From NCBI GenBank assembly GCA_965224085.1, contig CBDCYI010000011.1, forward strand, positions 1,184,001-1,248,000: DNA of 64,000 bases, in the 5' to 3' direction. The notes under the pieces were generated by a model. It did no database searches, was not told where the DNA came from, and saw only the letters and a program-made list of their open reading frames with translations. Each line of letters starts with the position of its first letter. Positions within the stretch are counted from its first letter, which is position 1. Below, piece after piece: positions 61,059-64,000 of the stretch. The stretch is from Candidatus Marinacidobacterales bacterium. GTDB taxonomy: Bacteria > Acidobacteriota > Vicinamibacteria > Marinacidobacterales > SMYC01. The position numbers were made by a program, and so were the translations under genes.

Positions 61059-62291
61059 CTACCGGCGTCCTGCGGGTACCAGCCTCACGATCGGCGTTGG
61101 CGCGCCATCGAAGCCGCGCGCGTCGCCGTCCACCGCCACGTAGATCAGTCCATCAGGGCCTTGCCGAACGTCGCGGAGGCGACCCATCCCATAGATCAGC
61201 GTCTCTTGCCGGACGACCCGCTTTCCCTCGAGCCGGAGACGGACGAGCTGCTGTCCGCGCAGGCTCGCGACGAGCATGTCGCCCTTCCACTCGGGGAATC
61301 GCTCGCCCGTGTAGAAGAGCATCCCGGAGACGCCGAGCGACGGCACCCACACGTACGTCGGCGGCTCCATACCGTCTTTGTGCGTGCCCTTGTGAATCGC
61401 CAGGCCGGTGCGATAGTGCACGCCGAAACCCACCACAGGCCAACCGTAATTGAGACCTGGTCGGATGAGGTTGAGCTCATCACCGCCCTGTGGGCCGTAC
61501 TCGTTGAGCCACACGTCGCCCGTTTCGGGATCTAGCGCAAGTCCCTGGGCGTTGCGGTGTCCGTAGGTCCAAATCTCTGACAGCGCCACGGCCCCACCGA
61601 CGAAGGGATTGTCGGTAGGCACCCGGCCGTCGTCGTGGAGCCTCACCGTCGTCCCATTGTGGTTCGAGAGGTCCTGGGACGGGTGCTTCGACAGGTCGCC
61701 GGTGGACGGCCACTGCCGATCGCCGAGGGTCACGAAGAGGTAGCCGCTCCGATCGAATGCGAGTCGTCCGCCCCACTGCGAGCTTCGGTCGCTCCCATTT
61801 CCGAACGCGTCGGCGTGGAAAATCTCCTCGACGTCCGACAGGCGCTCGTGCTCGAAGCGCCCCCGCGCCACGGCGATATTGCCGAGACCGTCCGCGCCGG
61901 GCTTCGTGTAACTGAGGTAAAGAAGCCGATTCGAAGCGAAGTCGGGGTGAAGTATGACGTCGCGCATGCCCGCTTGCTCGCGCCCGTCCATCGACATCGC
62001 GCCGCGCCCCAGCGCGAGAACGTCGGGCAGTCCGGCGACCGGCTGGGGTAGCAACTTTCCCTGACGCACGATTCGCAGCCGACCGGGACGCTCGGTGACG
62101 AGCAGGTCCCGCTCGGGCGTGAAGGCCATGGCGAACGGGTGGACGAGGCCGGCGACGACCATCTCGATCGTGAAGTCGTGGTAGGCGGTCTGGATCACCG
62201 AACCGACAGGCGACTTCTGGCCTGCGGCGGCTTGCGACCAAACGCCGAGCGTCAGCGCGACGGGCACGATGGCTCGGTTCAACCTGTACAC
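61059..62291 (-). CDS. PQQ-dependent soluble sugar dehydrogenase (YliI/GSDH family)
   Basis: TERPGRLR, LHPDF, GGRLAF, IWTYGHRNAQG and GGDELN...G.NYGWP. Confidence 0.92.
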   Translation of the reverse strand: MYRLNRAIVPVALTLGVWSQAAAGQKSPVGSVIQTAYHDFTIEMVVAGLVHPFAMAFTPERDLLVTERPGRLRIVRQGKLLPQPVAGLPDVLALGRGAMSMDGREQAGMRDVILHPDFASNRLLYLSYTKPGADGLGNIAVARGRFEHERLSDVEEIFHADAFGNGSDRSSQWGGRLAFDRSGYLFVTLGDRQWPSTGDLSKHPSQDLSNHNGTTVRLHDDGRVPTDNPFVGGAVALSEIWTYGHRNAQGLALDPETGDVWLNEYGPQGGDELNLIRPGLNYGWPVVGFGVHYRTGLAIHKGTHKDGMEPPTYVWVPSLGVSGMLFYTGERFPEWKGDMLVASLRGQQLVRLRLEGKRVVRQETLIYGMGRLRDVRQGPDGLIYVAVDGDARGFDGAPTPIVRLVPAGRR

Positions 62292-62342
62292 GCGGTTACC
62301 TCACGTTCAAGTCTAGGAAATCGGGCCGTACGTCCAGGGGAG

Positions 62343-63446
62343 TCATGCTACGTCGAGCACGGGATTGGCAACAACCTCGCTTCGCGGCGTGATCCCCAAT
62401 CCAGGTGCAAGCGACGCGGCCATTCGCCCCCGAGCTCTTTGCGGCGCTCCCTCGGCGGTACGGACCGTCACGTAGCTATTGAAATCGGTTGCTGTAAACA
62501 GGAATTCCGTGGGAGTGCTATGTGCCAGGTGAGCGATCGCAGCCGTCACGATGTCGCCTCCCCACGCGTCTTCGATCGTCACGGCGATGCCCAGCGAGAC
62601 GCATAGATCACGGGCCTGCCGCGTCTTGGTAAGCCCGCCAAACTTGCCGATCTTTAGATTGACGACGTCCATCGCGTGATCGGCACTGGCACGCAGTAGG
62701 ATGTCCATACCATCAATCGATTCGTCCAAAACGAATGGATGGTCCGTGCGATGGCGAATTGCCAAACACTCGGCGTAGCTGGCACAGGGTTGTTCGATAT
62801 AGACATCGATATCGCGCACTTTGCGAACCACTCGAGCGGCTTCGTGCATGAGCCATCCCGTGTTGGCATCCGCGATGAGCTTGTCTCCGGTCTCCATTAA
62901 GTCCGCGACCGCGCGTATACGTTCTACATCGACGTCGGGATCTCCGCCGACCTTCAGTTGGAATCTTCGATAGCCCTCGGAGCGATAACCGGCGACTTTC
63001 GCCGCCATCTCTTCGGGAGATTCTTGAGAGATAGCGCGGTAAAGCACAAAGTCCTCGTCGTATCGTCCGCCCAACAACGCGCAAAGCGGCATTTGACAGC
63101 TCTGACCGAGAATGTCCCAGCACGCCATGTCCAAAGGCGATTTCACGTAGGGGTGGCCCTTGAGGGCCGCGTCCATTAATTGGTTGACTCTTCCTAGCTG
63201 AGTGGGATCTTCTCCGATCAAGTGCGGAGCAAGCTTCGCAATCCCTGCTCGCACACCCTCTGCGTACGACGGCAGATAGAACGGACCCAAGGGACATATT
63301 TCGCCATGGCCCACGATGCCGGCATCGGTCTCGATTCGGACAATCGTGCTGTCAAACACCGAAACCGACTTGCCGCCGGACATGTGGTAGCTGCCCTCAT
63401 GCAGCGGCAGTTCGACTCGATAGGCCGTGATTCTTTCAATCTTCAT
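62343..63446 (-). CDS. Mandelate racemase/muconate lactonizing enzyme family (hydroxyproline dehydratase/epimerase-like)
   Basis: G.GE.CPLG..YLP, DMACWD..G, QLKVGG, DAN.GW, EQP, DE and NLKI. Confidence 0.9.
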   Translation of the reverse strand: MKIERITAYRVELPLHEGSYHMSGGKSVSVFDSTIVRIETDAGIVGHGEICPLGPFYLPSYAEGVRAGIAKLAPHLIGEDPTQLGRVNQLMDAALKGHPYVKSPLDMACWDILGQSCQMPLCALLGGRYDEDFVLYRAISQESPEEMAAKVAGYRSEGYRRFQLKVGGDPDVDVERIRAVADLMETGDKLIADANTGWLMHEAARVVRKVRDIDVYIEQPCASYAECLAIRHRTDHPFVLDESIDGMDILLRASADHAMDVVNLKIGKFGGLTKTRQARDLCVSLGIAVTIEDAWGGDIVTAAIAHLAHSTPTEFLFTATDFNSYVTVRTAEGAPQRARGRMAASLAPGLGITPRSEVVANPVLDVA

Positions 63447-63448
63447 TC

Positions 63449-64000
63449 TTAAGCCTCGGTTGAATCACTGGCGTGATTCTTAGTACGGAACGCGTCAGCC
63501 AGAGCCGAGATTCCGGCATAGCTAGCAATGACGACAACGACCCATCGCATGACATCGAGGGGCAGTGATGTGACAAAGTACGCGGCAGCTAGTACCGCCG
63601 GGATTCCACCGATGGTCAATCCCAGTGCGACTTTGACGTTTAGCCGCGTCGATCGCAAGAACCAGAAACTGCACACCGGCATAATAAACGCCGCCGCCCC
63701 CATCATGACCGGAAATGCCGACTTCGGATCGAGGCCCAGCAAGCTGAACAGAACAACGGACGGAGCATACATCCCGATTCCAATGGTCTGTAGAGCGGCA
63801 AATACGAAAAATGCGAACACTGCGAAAGCGAAACCGAAAGCGCCGAGAGACTCCGACCCCGAATAGTTGTCGGGCATTCGGCCTAAGCCTGTGGCCGCAA
63901 AGAATGCTGAGCCGATGAGTAGCGCAAGGCCAACACCTATGCGAATGGGTCGACCTGGAAGTCTGATCACGATAGGCGCACCGAACGCCGCGCCCATAAT
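63449..64000 (-). CDS. TauE/SafE (TSUP) family membrane protein, partial at the window edge
   Basis: Multi-TM; [12 protein letters not shown] and AFPVMMG...F.MP patterns. Confidence 0.7.
   Translation of the reverse strand: MMGAAFGAPIVIRLPGRPIRIGVGLALLIGSAFFAATGLGRMPDNYSGSESLGAFGFAFAVFAFFVFAALQTIGIGMYAPSVVLFSLLGLDPKSAFPVMMGAAAFIMPVCSFWFLRSTRLNVKVALGLTIGGIPAVLAAAYFVTSLPLDVMRWVVVVIASYAGISALADAFRTKNHASDSTEA

Overview
GC-rich (roughly 60%) bacterial DNA. The gene content (DUF4159, Hanks-type kinase, PEP-CTERM, DUF222/HNH, many exported hydrolases) fits Acidobacteriota, but this is inference. The window is an IS-rich, heavily decayed accessory region with many truncated, frameshifted or abutting gene fragments. 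The main structure is a four-level nested element at 30095-39422. A DUF4159 gene is split by an IS256-family element with an 8-bp target duplication (CTCACGGA). Each of the two IS terminal inverted repeats is interrupted at the same position (between nt 7 and 8) by an apparently identical 3926-bp group II twintron. The outer intron's EBS1 matches the IS end, and the inner intron's EBS1 matches domain III of the outer intron. Together they form a 9.3-kb quasi-palindrome. Other notable items: (1) a small, decaying tRNA array behind a sigma70 promoter, a palindromic operator, a 29-codon leader ORF and alternative terminator/antiterminator pairings, which looks like a ribosome-sensing attenuator; (2) a 446-bp transposase-free cassette with TIRs and a TSD that carries a membrane-protein gene inside an amidase gene; (3) a DUF222/HNH gene carrying three copies of a 20-24-bp palindrome; (4) a HigA-like HTH plus nucleotidyltransferase operon; (5) a minimal PEP-CTERM protein with sigma54 and enhancer sites. 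All coordinates were read by eye, and no database searches were run.
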